Under the pieces are notes generated by a model. That model ran no database searches. It was not told the DNA's origin and saw nothing but the letters and a program-made list of their open reading frames with translations. Positions 13,206-26,178 of a stretch of DNA of 64,000 bases are shown here, piece after piece. How positions within the stretch are numbered: position 1 is the stretch's first letter; each line of letters opens with the position of its first letter. The position numbers were made by a program, and so were the translations under genes. The stretch covers positions 118,792,001 through 118,856,000 of the forward strand of contig OX597822.1 in assembly GCA_951406725.2 (NCBI GenBank), given 5' to 3'. The stretch comes from Octopus vulgaris. Lineage: Eukaryota.

Positions 13206-13603
13206 TATATATATATATATATCATCATCATTTAACATCTGTTGTCCATGCTGGCATAGGTCAGACAGTTTGACTGGGCTGACATGCTAGAAAGCTATAC
13301 CAGGTTCCAGTCTGATTTGGCATGATTTTCTATGACTGGATGCCCTTCCTAATGCCAAGCATTCCAAGAGTGTAATCTGTGCTTTTACATGCCACTGGCA
13401 TGGGTGCCATTTGCATGACACTGGTATCTGCCACAACTGCAATTTTGCTTGGCTTGATGGGTCTTCTCAAGTATGACAGATATATATATATATATATATT
13501 GATAGAAATCATAAGACAACAAAAGAAAGGAAGAGACCTCGATATTATGTAAATAGAGGAATTTATCTGTAAATATAATATGTGACAATTATTTGGTAGC
13601 CAT

Positions 13604-13664
13604 GATATAACTCTGAGTTTCATTTGTCGGGATGGAAACCCACGCAACCATCTCCTCAGCTATC
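13604..13664 (-). ncRNA. Degenerate type I hammerhead ribozyme motif in a PLE-like fragment
   Basis: Minus strand: gatag CTGAGGA ...31 nt... GAAA ctcagag TT atatc. Stem III is identical to that of the 49125 motif. Stems I and II are imperfect. Confidence 0.45.
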
Positions 13665-13706
13665 CGGCCATTTGGAAGATTATAATTTAGATCACTTTAA
13701 AACACA

Positions 13707-16674
13707 AGTCTTTCACCGGGCCCCTGCAAGCCCTACTTCTGCCCTCCTTTATCTGTCGTCCTCTCCACCGACACCACACGCCTCCCTGATCTACAGATCA
13801 CTGAACCGGCTTTCTCACTCACTCCCCGCTCCCGAACTCACACCTTAACTGGTTTCATAATCAGCCAACCAGGGAGGAGGGTGCCGTTCCCTCTGTGGTC
13901 GCAGTGCAACCCTAGGACTGGTTCCTGGCATGTTGCTGCTGGCCTCATCATCCTGTCTACTGGTGTTGTTTTCATCTTGCCCACTGCTGCTGGTCCCATC
14001 CTCTGAGGCATAGACAATCCTCCGTATATCCAAAACGTGGCTTGGCATACCATCGACCGAGATGTTGTTCTTTGAATTTACAGAGGTTATTGTCCCCTTT
14101 CCCCATCGTGATGTACACCGTGCATTTGGGGGTTTTACCCAAACTTCTTCCCCGACCTGCACGAAGGCGTGCTCTTCCACTGCCCCGGGCCGCATTGATG
14201 CAGTACACGGATGCCTCCACTCGTACCTGAATATTGCCCTGTGTGGCACCGACTCCTAAGCCTGTCCTGATCTGGGCGACATATTGTGTCAAAATACAGC
14301 CTCGATTGGTGAAATGTGACCCCTCTCTGCCATGGCCTTGATGGTACGATGATGCCTTTCCACCACCCCAGTTCCACTTGGCCGGTATGCCTCCCTGAAG
14401 AAGTGGTTGACCTTCCACCCATCAAGCATTTCTTTCAGCACATCCGAGCGAAATGCAGTGCCATTATCCAGAAGCAGTTCATCCATGGGGCCTTGTTCCA
14501 GGAATATCTCATTCAATACTTTCACAATTTCCTCTGCGGTCCCCGTCTTCATCACCCTCCATATGGCCAATCGCCCCGGTCCGCAGTCAACCATTGAGAG
14601 GTATGTCCCCTGCCGGTAGTATGTTATGTCCACCGCCAGTCGTTTCCAGTCGTGGTCCACTGGAATACTTCCCGCTTCATGTACGCCCAAAGCAGGGTTG
14701 ATGGACTGGCACCTGTCACAACTGCTAACCACTCTCTGCACGCTCTGTCTTGTTACATTGGAGTCAACTTTTCTGGCTAGGAACAATGTCCTGTCCACAC
14801 CCATGTGATGCATGGTATGCAGTCTCCACAACTCCGAGTTGCTCAGACGGCATACTGCAGCTACAGCCTGCTTCGCATCCTCTGGCACCTGCAACCAGGC
14901 TCGCTTTACCCTGGTCAGGACGTCTGCCCTGTTCTTCTCGGAAGGCACAAAGATCACGCTCAGCTTCAGATTGAACTCAGTGGTTAGTTCACGCAGTATC
15001 CCCAATCGACGCTTTACCAGCATCTCTGCAGCCCCTTTGGTCTGCACCCTCCGCTCATTGGTGATGACTGCTTTCACCAAACCAAGTACAGTGGCCGAAT
15101 CAGTCCTGATTTCTATGGTGTGCAACCCCCACTTCAAGGCTAGGTTCATCCCCTTCAATACGGCATCCAACTCCGCCACATTGATATGATTGCAGTCATC
15201 CGTCTTCCTGAGCCAGGCTGCATCTTCCACCATGACACCTCCCACTTCTAAGACAACCCAACCCCTATTGCGATGCTACTGGTGTCACACCATACAATCC
15301 CACTCTTTGATTTGGGAACATACCAACTGCCCCTCACTGGGTCCTCTGCTCCTGCTCTGACCAAGACTTCTTGTATCATGTCGATCGTCTTCTCCCCCAC
15401 TCTATCGTTCCACTTCACTCCTTCGGCTCGTCTCTTGATGAAGCTACATGCTGTCCGGAGCCAACCTGCAATCGGGTAATGTCCCACCAGCTTCCCACAC
15501 ACAGAGAACAGTTCCCGTCTACTCATGATGGCGCCCAGTTCAGGGACCTCATTCCCTCGCCGGAACACCAACGTGCCGGCCTTGTCTCTCCATAGCTTGA
15601 GGCCCAGTGCAGCACCTCCCTCCATTGCCTCTGGTGGCTTGGCGATCAGTCCAAAACTCTTCAGGTGGCCTATGACCTCCGTTGCTGGCATTACGGTTTC
15701 ATCCACCAGAATGTCATCGATGTATGAATTGGTGGCCCTTTTTACTCTGTCCACCTTTCCCAGGATGGCCTTGAGGATTGTTGCCATAATCTTTGGCGCT
15801 GAATTCAGCCTGAACCCCAACCTGGTCAGACAGTACGTCTGGCCCTTATACCTGACAAGCTGGTACTTTCCACAATTTCTCAGCCACATGCACCTGTAGG
15901 TATGCCGACTTCAAATCAACAATCGTGGAGGCCCCTGTCATCTGCCTCCACTCTCGCAAGGTGTCTCCACAGACATCTGTGGCCTCGCCGCCTGTATGAC
16001 ATGATACGTGGTCATTCAGCTTTCGGAAGTCAAGCACTGGCCTGACCTTATGCTTTGTGGGCTGTATCACTCTCCTTCATAACCCGCCAGTTTAGCCAAT
16101 CTCCTAAGTTCCCCAGTCCATCTTGTTCTACCCAGGCGAGCGTATGCCTCAAACATTCCCTCCTCAAAGGCCTCCATCAACCGGATTTCCACTTTCTCCG
16201 CACTGAGTTGGTCTGTCTCCTCCATCTCTAGATACAGCGCCAATGCCGGACCATCCAAGTACAGTGGCATGAAGCTCGCCAGGTCACTTATACCATGGAG
16301 CTTCACCACCAACTTCACTTTCTTCAACCAAGCGACTACATCCGTGTTGCTGTAAAACGGTTTGATCATTTCGTGCGAAATATGGGCACTCATCGTTCGT
16401 TTTTTTTCTTTATGTGCCGAAATAGCTTGTCGTGTGATGGATGAAGAGGACAACAGAAGGAGAAGGAGAAGAAATACTAACAGGTCTTACCTCGGTGAAG
16501 ATCAGGTCTCTTACAAAACTCGACACGTCCAGTCGCTTCCTCGTCTCTGTTCAAACTGCTGGCTTCCTCAATCGCCATACGTGCGTTCCGCTTCCCCGCG
16601 CACATGTGCCCTCCAGTCTTCCACCGGGCCCCTGCAAGCCCTACTTCCCTGTCGTCCTCTCCACCAACACCACA
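13707..16674 (-). mobile_element. Decayed Gypsy-type LTR retrotransposon (gag-RT-RNaseH-integrase; protease region deleted, frameshifts and stops)
   Basis: gag 16067-16393 (DVVAWLKKVKLV). RT 15248-16070 (VDLKSAYLQ, LGF-LNSAP, YIDDILV). RNase H (WCDTSS..HINVAELDAV..DSATV). Integrase HHCC + DDE (HHMG..CDRC, LAVD, LLDNG, VERHHRTIK) and C-terminal RPQRERHPPPWLADY. Direct terminal repeats starting TG at 16615-16674 and 13707-13778, with a purine tract before the 3' repeat. Confidence 0.92.
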
Positions 16675-16813
16675 TTTTAAAACAAATCCATGTTGTGGAG
16701 AAACTCTGATCACGTTACATACAAATGAATAAATCATTTTGCAATTTTCTATGTTCTGTAATATCAATTTATGTCAAAATGTATTTATACAAGAATCTCC
16801 CTCATTCGACCCG

Positions 16814-16844
<31 letters not shown>

Positions 16845-17056
16845 CGTATATTTTGTGTGTATAATTAGATGTATGATGACTGCTACTGTTGTGTATGGAG
16901 CTCCATGTAGATTATCATCATTCAGTTTGCTTCCAGTAAAGTGGTTTGGTTTCATTGTGATTAAACATCCAGTGTAGAAGTTCTAAACTACCACAGTGGT
17001 GAAACGTATAAAGGGAACAGATGATTTCAACTTGTGTTTTTCCATAATTTCTCATA

Positions 17057-17092
<36 letters not shown>

Positions 17093-17358
17093 TAAAAGTG
17101 TGACTTTACATATCATAACTCTGAATTTAATGTCTTCAATCTTCATAATTTGTGTAAAGAATAGGAAACTTCTAAGAAGAATTTTCAGGGAACAAAATCT
17201 ATTGATTGGCTGTGTGGTAAGTAGCTTGCTAACCAACCACATGGTTCTGGGTTCAGTCCCACTGCGTGGCATCTTGGGCAAGTGTCTTCTGCTATAGCCC
17301 CGGGCCGACCAATCCCTTGTGAGTGGATTTGGTAGACAGAAATTGAAAGAAGCCTGTC

Positions 17359-17404
<46 letters not shown>

Positions 17405-17688
17405 GTGTGTGTTTGTGTCTCTGTGTTTGTCCCCCTAGCATTGCTTGACAACCGATGCTGGTGTGTTTACGTCCCCGTCACTTAGCGGTTCGGCAAAAGA
17501 GACTGATAGACTAAGTACTAGGCTTACAAAGAATAAGTCCTGAGGTCGATTTGCTCGACTAAAGGCGGTGCTCCAGCATGGCCGCAGTCAAATGATTGAA
17601 ACAAGTAAAAGAGTAAATGCTTCAATATGTAAATATGTATATATATATATATATATATGTATGTATATGTATGTATGTATGTATGTAA

Positions 17689-17902
17689 AGTTAATCCAAA
17701 CAAGAAAGCACAAAAAACACAATAACGCGAGGACGTGGAGCATATATAGTATCATTGGATGCTGAGGAAAGAAGGAAAGAAGGAAAGAAGGAGGGTTTAA
17801 CGTTTCGAGGAGCTCTTCGTTGGAAACAAGAGAAGGAAAGATCCAGAGAAGGGAAGACAGAGGAAAAAAATTGCCAACGGTACACACGAGGTCACATTTT
17901 GA
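17689..17902 (-). mobile_element. Short Penelope-pLTR-derived element with a hammerhead-like motif, inserted in a (TA)/(TACA) microsatellite
   Basis: Homologous to 19930-20125(+) and 46608-46812(+). All three are flanked on both sides by TA/TACA repeats. Confidence 0.7.
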
Positions 17903-17909
17903 ATGTATG

Positions 17910-17962
<53 letters not shown>

Positions 17963-18062
17963 ATATATTTGCATGTATGTATATATATATATGTAAATAT
18001 ATATGTGTATATATATATGTGTATATATGTATATATGTATATATATATGTATGTGTATGTAT

Positions 18063-18094
<32 letters not shown>

Positions 18095-18099
18095 GTATG

Positions 18100-18151
<52 letters not shown>

Positions 18152-18821
18152 CATACATGTATATACATATATATATGTGTGTGTGTGTGTGTGTATACAT
18201 GCAACCTAGAGAGCGAAATATATATGGCTACAGATGTAGATACATGTAAATTGATGCACTGAATGGGTGACAAGATACACACACACACACGTGCATGCAC
18301 GTACGCACACACACACATACATACATATACATATAGACTTATTGATGCACCGAATCTGAAAGTTGCAAAAGGGATTGAGGTTCAATTTCCATCTGCTTCA
18401 AACCCCTTCTATTTTCACATAATGCATTCATTAGTATGGAATTAAGTTATGTCATAGTAACAAGTGCCACAAATTGTTGAAATGAACAAAAGACCGAAAA
18501 CAAGGGATTGATATTTCAAATATTTCATTATCTTCATTTTAATAATCAATAACTAATGAACTCTGTTACAGAGGATTTCATCAAATGTAAGATATAAAAA
18601 TATGAAACCCATTATAATATTCCCCGCATACATAGGACAAAAAATAATACCACCTAAAAGCAAATGAATAAGGTGAATATTAACATGGGCTTTATATTTC
18701 AATATCTTCCATCTGATGAGAGCATCTGCAATCGATTTGATTAATACTGAATGCTGAAACATATGTAATGAAATATATATGACACATCGATAACTTGTCA
18801 TGTCTTTTGTCAATTTTAAAC

Positions 18822-18852
<31 letters not shown>

Positions 18853-18967
18853 CATACATACATGCATGCATACATACATGCATGCATGCATGCATACATA
18901 CATGCATACATGCATACAGGTATTTGGTTTGCAAGATTCTTAATGTGAATTCGTGTGTTGGAACAAG

Positions 18968-19119
18968 TGTCTAGGGAGGGACATTAGGCTAATAAAAATT
19001 AAAATACACATGCTTGTTCAATACCACATCTATATTTTACCTATTATTAAATGGATACTGAAGTGGTGTTGAACCAGTGTGTGTATTTAAATTTTTATTG
19101 GCATGACTCCCACTAGACA
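18968..19119. repeat. Imperfect inverted repeat (about 60-bp arms)
   Basis: TGTCTAGGGAG...AATAAAAATTAAAATACACATGCTTGTTCAATACCAC pairs with GTGGTGTTGAACCAGTGTGTGTATTTAAATTTTTATT...CTCCCACTAGACA. Confidence 0.75.
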
Positions 19120-19280
19120 ATACGGCATTATATATATACATGCATGCATGTGTTTGTGTGTTTGTATATATATATATATATATATATATAATAATATTAG
19201 GGAGTAAATCCAAACTTACAGGAAAAAATTAGATTTAGGATTAAATCTAATTTTATAGTATAAATATATATTATATTAAA

Positions 19281-19673
19281 CTAGCAGTATCGCCCGGCAT
19301 TGCTCGGGTTTGTAAGGGAAATAACTATATAAGCATTTGTAGAGAGTTATAGCCAAAGAATAGCAAAAAATGCATTAAAAATGGAAAAAAAATGATGGTA
19401 AATTTTTTTTTAAATCGTTGATTCATCGCACACATTTTTAGAGAGTTACTTCCCTTATATAATAGCGAAACAATGCATTAAAATGGAAAAAAATGGTAAA
19501 TTTTAAAAAAATCATAGACTCATCGTAGACGCGCACTAATACCCAGAAGGGCTCGATATGAATCACGACTATAAGATATTCGGTTTTGGTTAAACTGCAC
19601 CGCAAAATGTGGGAGTAGTTAGGAATCTAAATCGTAGGAGACAGACACACAACTTGACTTTTATATATAAAGA
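19281..19673 (-). mobile_element. Non-autonomous Helitron
   Basis: Minus strand begins TCTTTATATATAAAA, ends with the CCCGAGCAATGCCGGG hairpin and CTAG, and sits between A and T with no TSD. Second copy at 61459-61852. Confidence 0.88.
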
Positions 19674-19874
19674 TTAGAGATAAAACCACTACTAGGCAAA
19701 TCAAACAATGAAAATCATAAGCCAATACATAGAAATAAAATTAATTAAAAAATATAAAATATAAAATATAAAAATCCAATTAAAATATTTAAATTAAAGT
19801 TAAAATTTTAAAAAATTATTTAAATTAATAATTTAAACTTATAAATTATAAATATATATATTTTTATTATTATT

Positions 19875-19921
<47 letters not shown>

Positions 19922-20136
19922 CATACATTCAAAATGTGACCTCGTGTGTACTGTTGGCGATTTTTTTTCTTCTGTCTTCCCTTCTCTGGATCTTTCCTTC
20001 TCCTATGTTTCCAACAAAGAGCTCCGCTCGAAATGTTAAATGTTCTTTCCTGAGCATCCAATAATACTATATATGCTCCACATCCTCGCGTTGTGTTTTT
20101 TGTGGTTTCTTGTTTGGATTAACTTTATATATACAT

Positions 20137-20223
<87 letters not shown>

Positions 20224-20353
20224 CATACATACATGCATATATATATACATGCATATATATATATATACATACATACATATATATATATATACATACATAC
20301 ATACATATATATGCATACATACATGCATGCATGCATACATACATACATACATG

Positions 20354-20431
<78 letters not shown>

Positions 20432-20627
20432 TTACTTAGATATTTCTAGTAGGAATGAAAAGTTCATCTTGACCCAACACTTTTTCTGTGTGAAGTTTTT
20501 TGAATCTCCAGAATTTCAATCCGTTTGAAGTTGATTCGAAGCCTCTCACCAAATATTCATTCATTATATCTTCAAAGCATCCAGCTGTCTTCAACATAAA
20601 TAGGGGTGGATTTTGCACTAGAATATA

Positions 20628-20735
20628 TTATACACAGGATGTCACTTTGACATAATATGGAGATATTTCATTTTCTGTGGAAACTTTTAAATTTCTTATG
20701 CATCCATTAAACTGTTGCATAGTTCTGTATACAAC
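20628..20735 (-). CDS. Secreted single laminin-G-domain protein, exon 5 (last coding exon)
   Basis: TTCTTTTCTTCAG acceptor, then VVYRTMQQFNGCIRNLKVSTENEISPYYVKVTSCV*. Carries the LamG F-x-GCI-x-NL motif and a terminal Cys. Phase 0 matches exon 4. Confidence 0.88.
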   Translation of the reverse strand, partial: VVYRTMQQFNGCIRNLKVSTENEISPYYVKVTSCV

Positions 20736-20779
20736 CTGAAGAAAAGAAGTAAAAAAAAAGATTTATACATAAATATGAA

Positions 20780-20825
<46 letters not shown>

Positions 20826-20828
<3 letters not shown>

Positions 20829-22445
20829 AGATGTGTGTATTTTTCTCTTGTTAATAATTAACATGGAAAAAATAGATACCAGTTACCAGGGTAGCAAAAG
20901 CCCACACAAGTAAAATGGTTGTAACTCCTTGTTTTTAAAGGTAGAAACTTCGGGTTTACGTGAAATTTTTTGTATAATATATATAAATAAATAAATGGAG
21001 TTTAACACAGATGTTATTCAAATTCTTTTACTTCCGACACATGTTTCGAAGATATCACTGGTATTATTCCAGAGGAATAAAATGGTGTAAAACAATGTAA
21101 TCTTCTTTTCAGGGAAGTGAAGAAATAAAACTCATCAATAAGACAGTTTAACAGAATATGATGCATATGTATAGTGATTAACTGAACGCTATAAATATTG
21201 TTTCAAAAAAACGTTATAGGATATAACGTCAGAGGTAGCCTATAGAAAGAGGAGGGATAAAGTAAAGAAAAACTAAATAAATGAGAAGTATATGACTATA
21301 TGTATATTAAATAAAACCGTATAGACTAGGAAAAATATGTATTTAGTGAATGTGAAATGCAAAAAGAAAATTATTGTTTAAGTTATATATAATGATTGAT
21401 ATCACTTATATGAACTAAAGGTGTGTTTCTGCCAATGTTTACATCGGTATGCATGCTCTATAACCGTGTTTACAAGGGGATTTTTAGAAAAAACAGAATT
21501 CCTTGCCTTTGTCATTAGGTATCGAGATTGAGAGAATCAACCATTCTAAATTAAATTATTTATTGTGGTCTTTTAGATCCCAAATTGATTTACCAAGCCC
21601 TGTACTGTTACGTTTATTCCTATCCCTAAATGTAGAGTAATGATTAGAAATTATTTTAGATAACTGGGAAGATATGCTTCCTATATAAAAATATTCTTGA
21701 TTAAGAGTATTAATTTTACACTGGTATATAGAATTTTTAATTTTAGAGTTACTTGCACATAAACTTGATTCTGTTGTAATTGACTTCAGATACAATAACC
21801 TTGTTATTAATATTTCTAGAGGGATGGATGGCATTAGCTAAATTAATGTTAGTATTAGTAAATGTATTAATATTTAAAATGTTGATATGTGAAGAGATAA
21901 TTTGTAAGAGATTTTTTGTGTTGGAAAAACCAATCTTAACCGTATGTGAGTTGATACCTAGAATTCTTTGGAAAATTTCTAATAATAGCTTTGAAAAACT
22001 GCAATGAAAGATTAGATTTAATTTGCCTCCCGTATGGAATAATTATCCAAATGGTTTTTCTATTAGTTATCTTATTTTTAGTGTAATTATTTTTGAAAGA
22101 CATAAATTTACCTTTAGAATGCAAATAGGGGATTAAATAAGGGTTATCTCCCTTCCTCCATTTTGTTTTGGTGTATTAATTAAAATTGATATTGTTAATT
22201 TCTTTACAACTAGATTTCATATCTACATTAGTAAAGTTAGAATAAGATTGAATGGAATCAATGTAGCTTACTTTCTCTGTATAACTTGCTTTAAGTAAGA
22301 CAGAGTTATAAAATTCGGCCTTATCATTGAAACTTAGACAATCTAAATGAAATATTCTTAACTAAGTTCCTAGTAATTGCCCTAGAATGATTACTGAATT
22401 TGCTAATGTACTTAAGATTAGTCGATGGTGGTAGTCTTAATCCAT
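20826..22445 (-). mobile_element. Penelope-like element 3' part (RT C-terminus, GIY-YIG, pseudo-LTR with hammerhead-like motif)
   Basis: Fragments LKYISKFSNHSRAITRNL, IWIIIPYG..FFKAIIRNFP and NSIYQCKI..YFYIGSISSQL..NHYSTFRD..STGLGKSIWDLK. Ends at a (TA)n tract. Lies in intron 4 of the LamG gene. Confidence 0.82.
21030..21118 (-). ncRNA. Type I hammerhead ribozyme motif (G8->A core mismatch)
   Basis: Minus strand: ACTTCC CTGAAAA GAAGAT...ATCTTC GAAA CATGTG TC GGAAGT. 6-bp stem I, 6-bp stem II, near-palindromic stem III, GUC triplet. Confidence 0.6.
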
Positions 22446-22607
22446 TGCTTTTGGGTACCTTTAACAGAGTTCTTTCTGATGCAAGCATTTGAGTCAAGTC
22501 TCTGACTTAAAGATAACTTCTTCTCTTTCCCACATCTAGGAATTGCCAGACAGCCCTTCTTTCATTATTGATTAAGAAATAATAAAGGAATCACAAAAAG
22601 GACTGAC

Positions 22608-22763
22608 CTCCAATGATGTTATCACTTTGCGACCCCAATCAGCTTTTCCAACACTGCCAAAAACCATTGATGTAAATCCTCCACAGCTCAGTTGATATTC
22701 ACTGTGGTATTCTTTACCATCAAGCTCAAATTTAGCTTCCACATTCTGTCTTGAATATCGAAT
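22608..22763 (-). CDS. Secreted single laminin-G-domain protein, exon 4
   Basis: TTTGCAG acceptor, GAG|GTCAGT donor, 156 bp, phase 0-0. IRYSRQNVEAKFELDGKEYHSEYQLSCGGFTSMVFGSVGKADWGRKVITSLE (LamG R..L.DG strands). Confidence 0.85.
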
Positions 22764-23719
22764 CTGCAAATAGAATTTCATGGTGTAATTAATGTGAAAA
22801 AAATATAAAGACATATTTTGGGACAGTGTAGCTAAAAGATATATATATATATATATAGCCATAGATGTAGATGCATGTAAATTGATGCACTGAATGGGTG
22901 ACGAGATACACACACATAATGTAGATATGAGAACATTGGAATAGGTTTTATTTATCTCAGCAATATTTGGGGTTATGTTGACCCGATCAGTTCCATAGCC
23001 AATTCTGGAAACTAATCAAAATAGCCATATCCACAATTCAACTGATATAGATACTCACAACGACCACACCACTTTGTCAAGGGGTCTTGTTTTGCAAGGT
23101 TACATGGTGACCCCACTAGTGCTGGTGCCACAAAAATAACACTGACTACATTCTGTAAAGTGGTTGGCATTAGGAAGAGTATCTAGACATAGAAAACCTT
23201 GTTAAAACAGAGACAGTGAATGCAGGCCTCTGCCCATCAGATCCTGCTGAACTGTCTAACATATGCCAGCATGGAATATAGAATTAAATAATGATGGTAA
23301 TGATGATGATGATGATTATGACGATGGTGAGTCAGTCCAGAGCAATGACAGAAGTCAGACAAACAAAAACCAGCTCTATTGTAAAGTTCATCTACCCAGG
23401 TACAGAGTTAGATCTAAAGGCTGGCTGACTCAGGCTTCAAATTATCCATGGATGAGATTAATAAGATTATGTACTGGAGTGACTAAAAAAGATAGGAGAA
23501 ATTTTTAAATGAGGCAGATGCCACAGAGATTGTATACTACATACTGTCATTGGATCTCTGTTAGAATAATCTCACTATGAAAGCTCCTCCTCCTCTTGAA
23601 CCTGAAGGGATGAGAAAGCAAAGTTGACCTTGGTGAGATTTGAACTTGGAACATTAAGAACCAGAAGAAATACCCCTAAGCATGCATATATATATATATA
23701 TTTAGTGAGATTATTCTAA

Positions 23720-24532
23720 CAGAGATTTGTTTCCTTTTTTGAAAACTGGGACAACAGTCTGGGATAGAAGGTCTTCTGGTATATATCCAGCATCCAGTGA
23801 GTTCCGCCACAGATTGGCTAGAGGGGGTGCAAGTTGGTTTTGACACATCTTCAGGACACAAGCAGGGAACCTATCGGGACCTACTGCTGAATTATGCTTC
23901 ATTTCCTTTATTGCTGCTAAGACATCAGGAGCGCCAAAGGTTATGTCCGATAAAGTGTATTGGGGAGTAACATCACTGATACAGCCCAGATCAGTCATAT
24001 CAGGATTGCTGAAAACAGAGCAATATTGTTTCTGCAATATCTCTCCCATGGTTTTGGCATTGTCTTGAAGAGTACCATTTTCATCAATCAGAGGGCCAAC
24101 AGTAGAACCAGTGACTCTGTGTTTTTTTGCAAATGAAAAGAACACTTTGGGATTGAGTTTGATCTTCTCAATGGCCCAGGCCTCTTCAGCTCTTTGCTGA
24201 CTATTGATGATAGACATCATGTTGTTTTGGAGTTTATGTTTTTTAATCTCTAGCGACGAGATGGCAGTCAGGTTGGTGTGTTGCTGTTGACAGTATTTCA
24301 GCTTGTTGATTTTTTGTTAATTCTTTTAATTTTCCTGATGAGAGATTTTCTATTTCTAGGGATTCGACACTTAGATTTGTTTGCAGATCTTAATGGGGTG
24401 TGTTTTGCACATATGTTCGTAATGGTGTCTACAAATGACTGCCAGGACTTTTTGATGTTAGTGGGTGTGTATGTGTGCGTGAAGGACTAATCGACTTGTG
24501 TAAGATCATTATTGATCGCTTCCCAGTTTGAT
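23720..24532 (-). mobile_element. CR1/Jockey-group LINE ORF2 fragment (EN-RT linker into the start of RT)
   Basis: NWEAINNDL..; IKLNPKVFFSFAKK..VGPLIDENG..; SAVGPDRFPACVLK..LAPPLANLWRNSLDAGYIP..VVPVFKKG. Confidence 0.85.
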
Positions 24533-24572
24533 ATATGATGATGATATATATCTTCTACACTGGTATAAATAT

Positions 24573-25830
24573 CATCATCATCATCATCATCGTTTAACGT
24601 CCGCTTTCCGCGCTAGCACGGGTTGGACGGTTTGACCGGGTCTGGGAAGCCAGGGGCCGCACCAGGCTCCAGTCTGAATCTGGCAGAGTTTCTACGGCTG
24701 GATGCCCTTCCTAACGCCAACCACTCCGTGAGTGGATTGGGTGCTTTTTACGTGCCACCTGCACAGGGGCCGGAGGGTCCGGCATCGTCACGATCGGTTC
24801 AAGCATTTTAACGTGTCAGCGGCACGGGGGCAACGAGGTCCGGGGTACTTTGGGGATCGGGGGTACTTTGGGGATCCAGGGTACTTTGGGGATCCGGGGT
24901 ACTTAGAATGGGTAGGGGGTATGTGGAATTGCTGCAGAAAGCAGCCCGGGTCTTTGTAGTCACAGCATTTATCGTCACTGAGTAACGTAATTAGGTAGAG
25001 GAAAGAAATACAGATATTCTAGAGTTGAGTTGGGGAGGGGGGCGTCCAGTTGAGGCGGGTAATATAGGGGAGCAACCAGTGGGAAGGTTGGGGTAAGGAG
25101 GAACGATGGCAGGAAGGGTTGGTGTAGGTTCCTAAGAAATAAAAACGTAGGATATTACGAGGCGGGAGGGTACTAAAGGGGATGGTCGGAATGAGGCAGT
25201 GTCAGGAGGAAGCGTAAGATCGGTGGGCAGTTGATGAGCTATGGCGCTAGCAGCTTGTCTTTTCACAGTGAAAGCATATGAGGAGAAGGGGTAGTGGGGG
25301 GAGGAGGAGGGAGTAGGGCGTACCCGGTGTAGATGAGTAAGGCGTATCCGGTGTAGATGGTGAGAACTGGGTATACTGGTATTGGTGGTGGGGGGTGAGA
25401 ACAGTGTTCACCGGTATTGGTGGTGGTGGCGGTGAGAACAGTGTTCACCGGTATTGGTGGTGGGGGTGAGAACAATGTTCATCGGTATTGGTGGTGGGGG
25501 TGGGGGGGCGGGCGCACCGCCACTGGCGGAAAGATGGGAAGAGATGGGATTACGGCTTGAGGCAGCCTAATTTTGTAGAGAGAGAGATAGGAAAGATAAA
25601 TCAAGTTATGGCGAAGGCTTGAAAGTAGCCTAAAAGGTTAAATTTTCGTAACAGTGTATGAATAAACGTAGTGACAACAAATAAAAAAGAGTAAGATAAA
25701 TTTTTAAGAACTTGCTGCGGGCATCGACCAGGAGTTGAAATTGAAGAAGAAAGTAAGTTGAATTGGGAATTTAAATTGCAGAATCGTAATGGTAATGGCG
25801 ATTTTCAAGTTTTAGCATAAGAAGGGAAAA
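24573..25830 (-). mobile_element. About 1.25-kb non-coding insert ending in an RTE-type 3' UTR tail, with G-rich tandem repeats
   Basis: RTE-UTR tail at 24573-24830. (GGGTACTTTGGGGATCCG)-like repeats at 24840-24905. Repeats of GAGAACAGTGTTCACCGGTATTGGTGGTGG at 25360-25500. It splits a short duplicated segment (see findings). Confidence 0.6.
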
Positions 25831-26147
25831 AAATATATATATATATTTCTAATATGTTAAGTGACCACATAGAGGTCACTCATTGGCTCACTGTTGTTCC
25901 TGTTTAGCTAAGGTGTATCCAAATCAAGCTTCCCAGTTTGATGATGATGATGATGATATATATATATATATATATAGGCACAGGAGTGGCTGTGTGGTAA
26001 GTAGCTTGCTAACCAATCACATGGTTCCAGGTTCAGTCACACTGCATGGCATCTTGGGCAAGTGTCTTCTGCTATAGACCCGGGCCGACCAATGCCTTGT
26101 GAGTGGATTTGGTAGATGGAAACTGAAAGAAGCCTGTCGTATATATG

Positions 26148-26178
<31 letters not shown>

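Noticed and set aside
18713-18740. CTGATGA motif (also at 7034, 48880 and 50392)
   Set aside because: There is no downstream stem II-GAAA-stem III-NUH arrangement, so these are not hammerheads.
20436-20618. 60-aa minus-strand ORF next to the last LamG exon
   Set aside because: It lies after the in-frame stop at 20628-20630, so it is probable 3' UTR.
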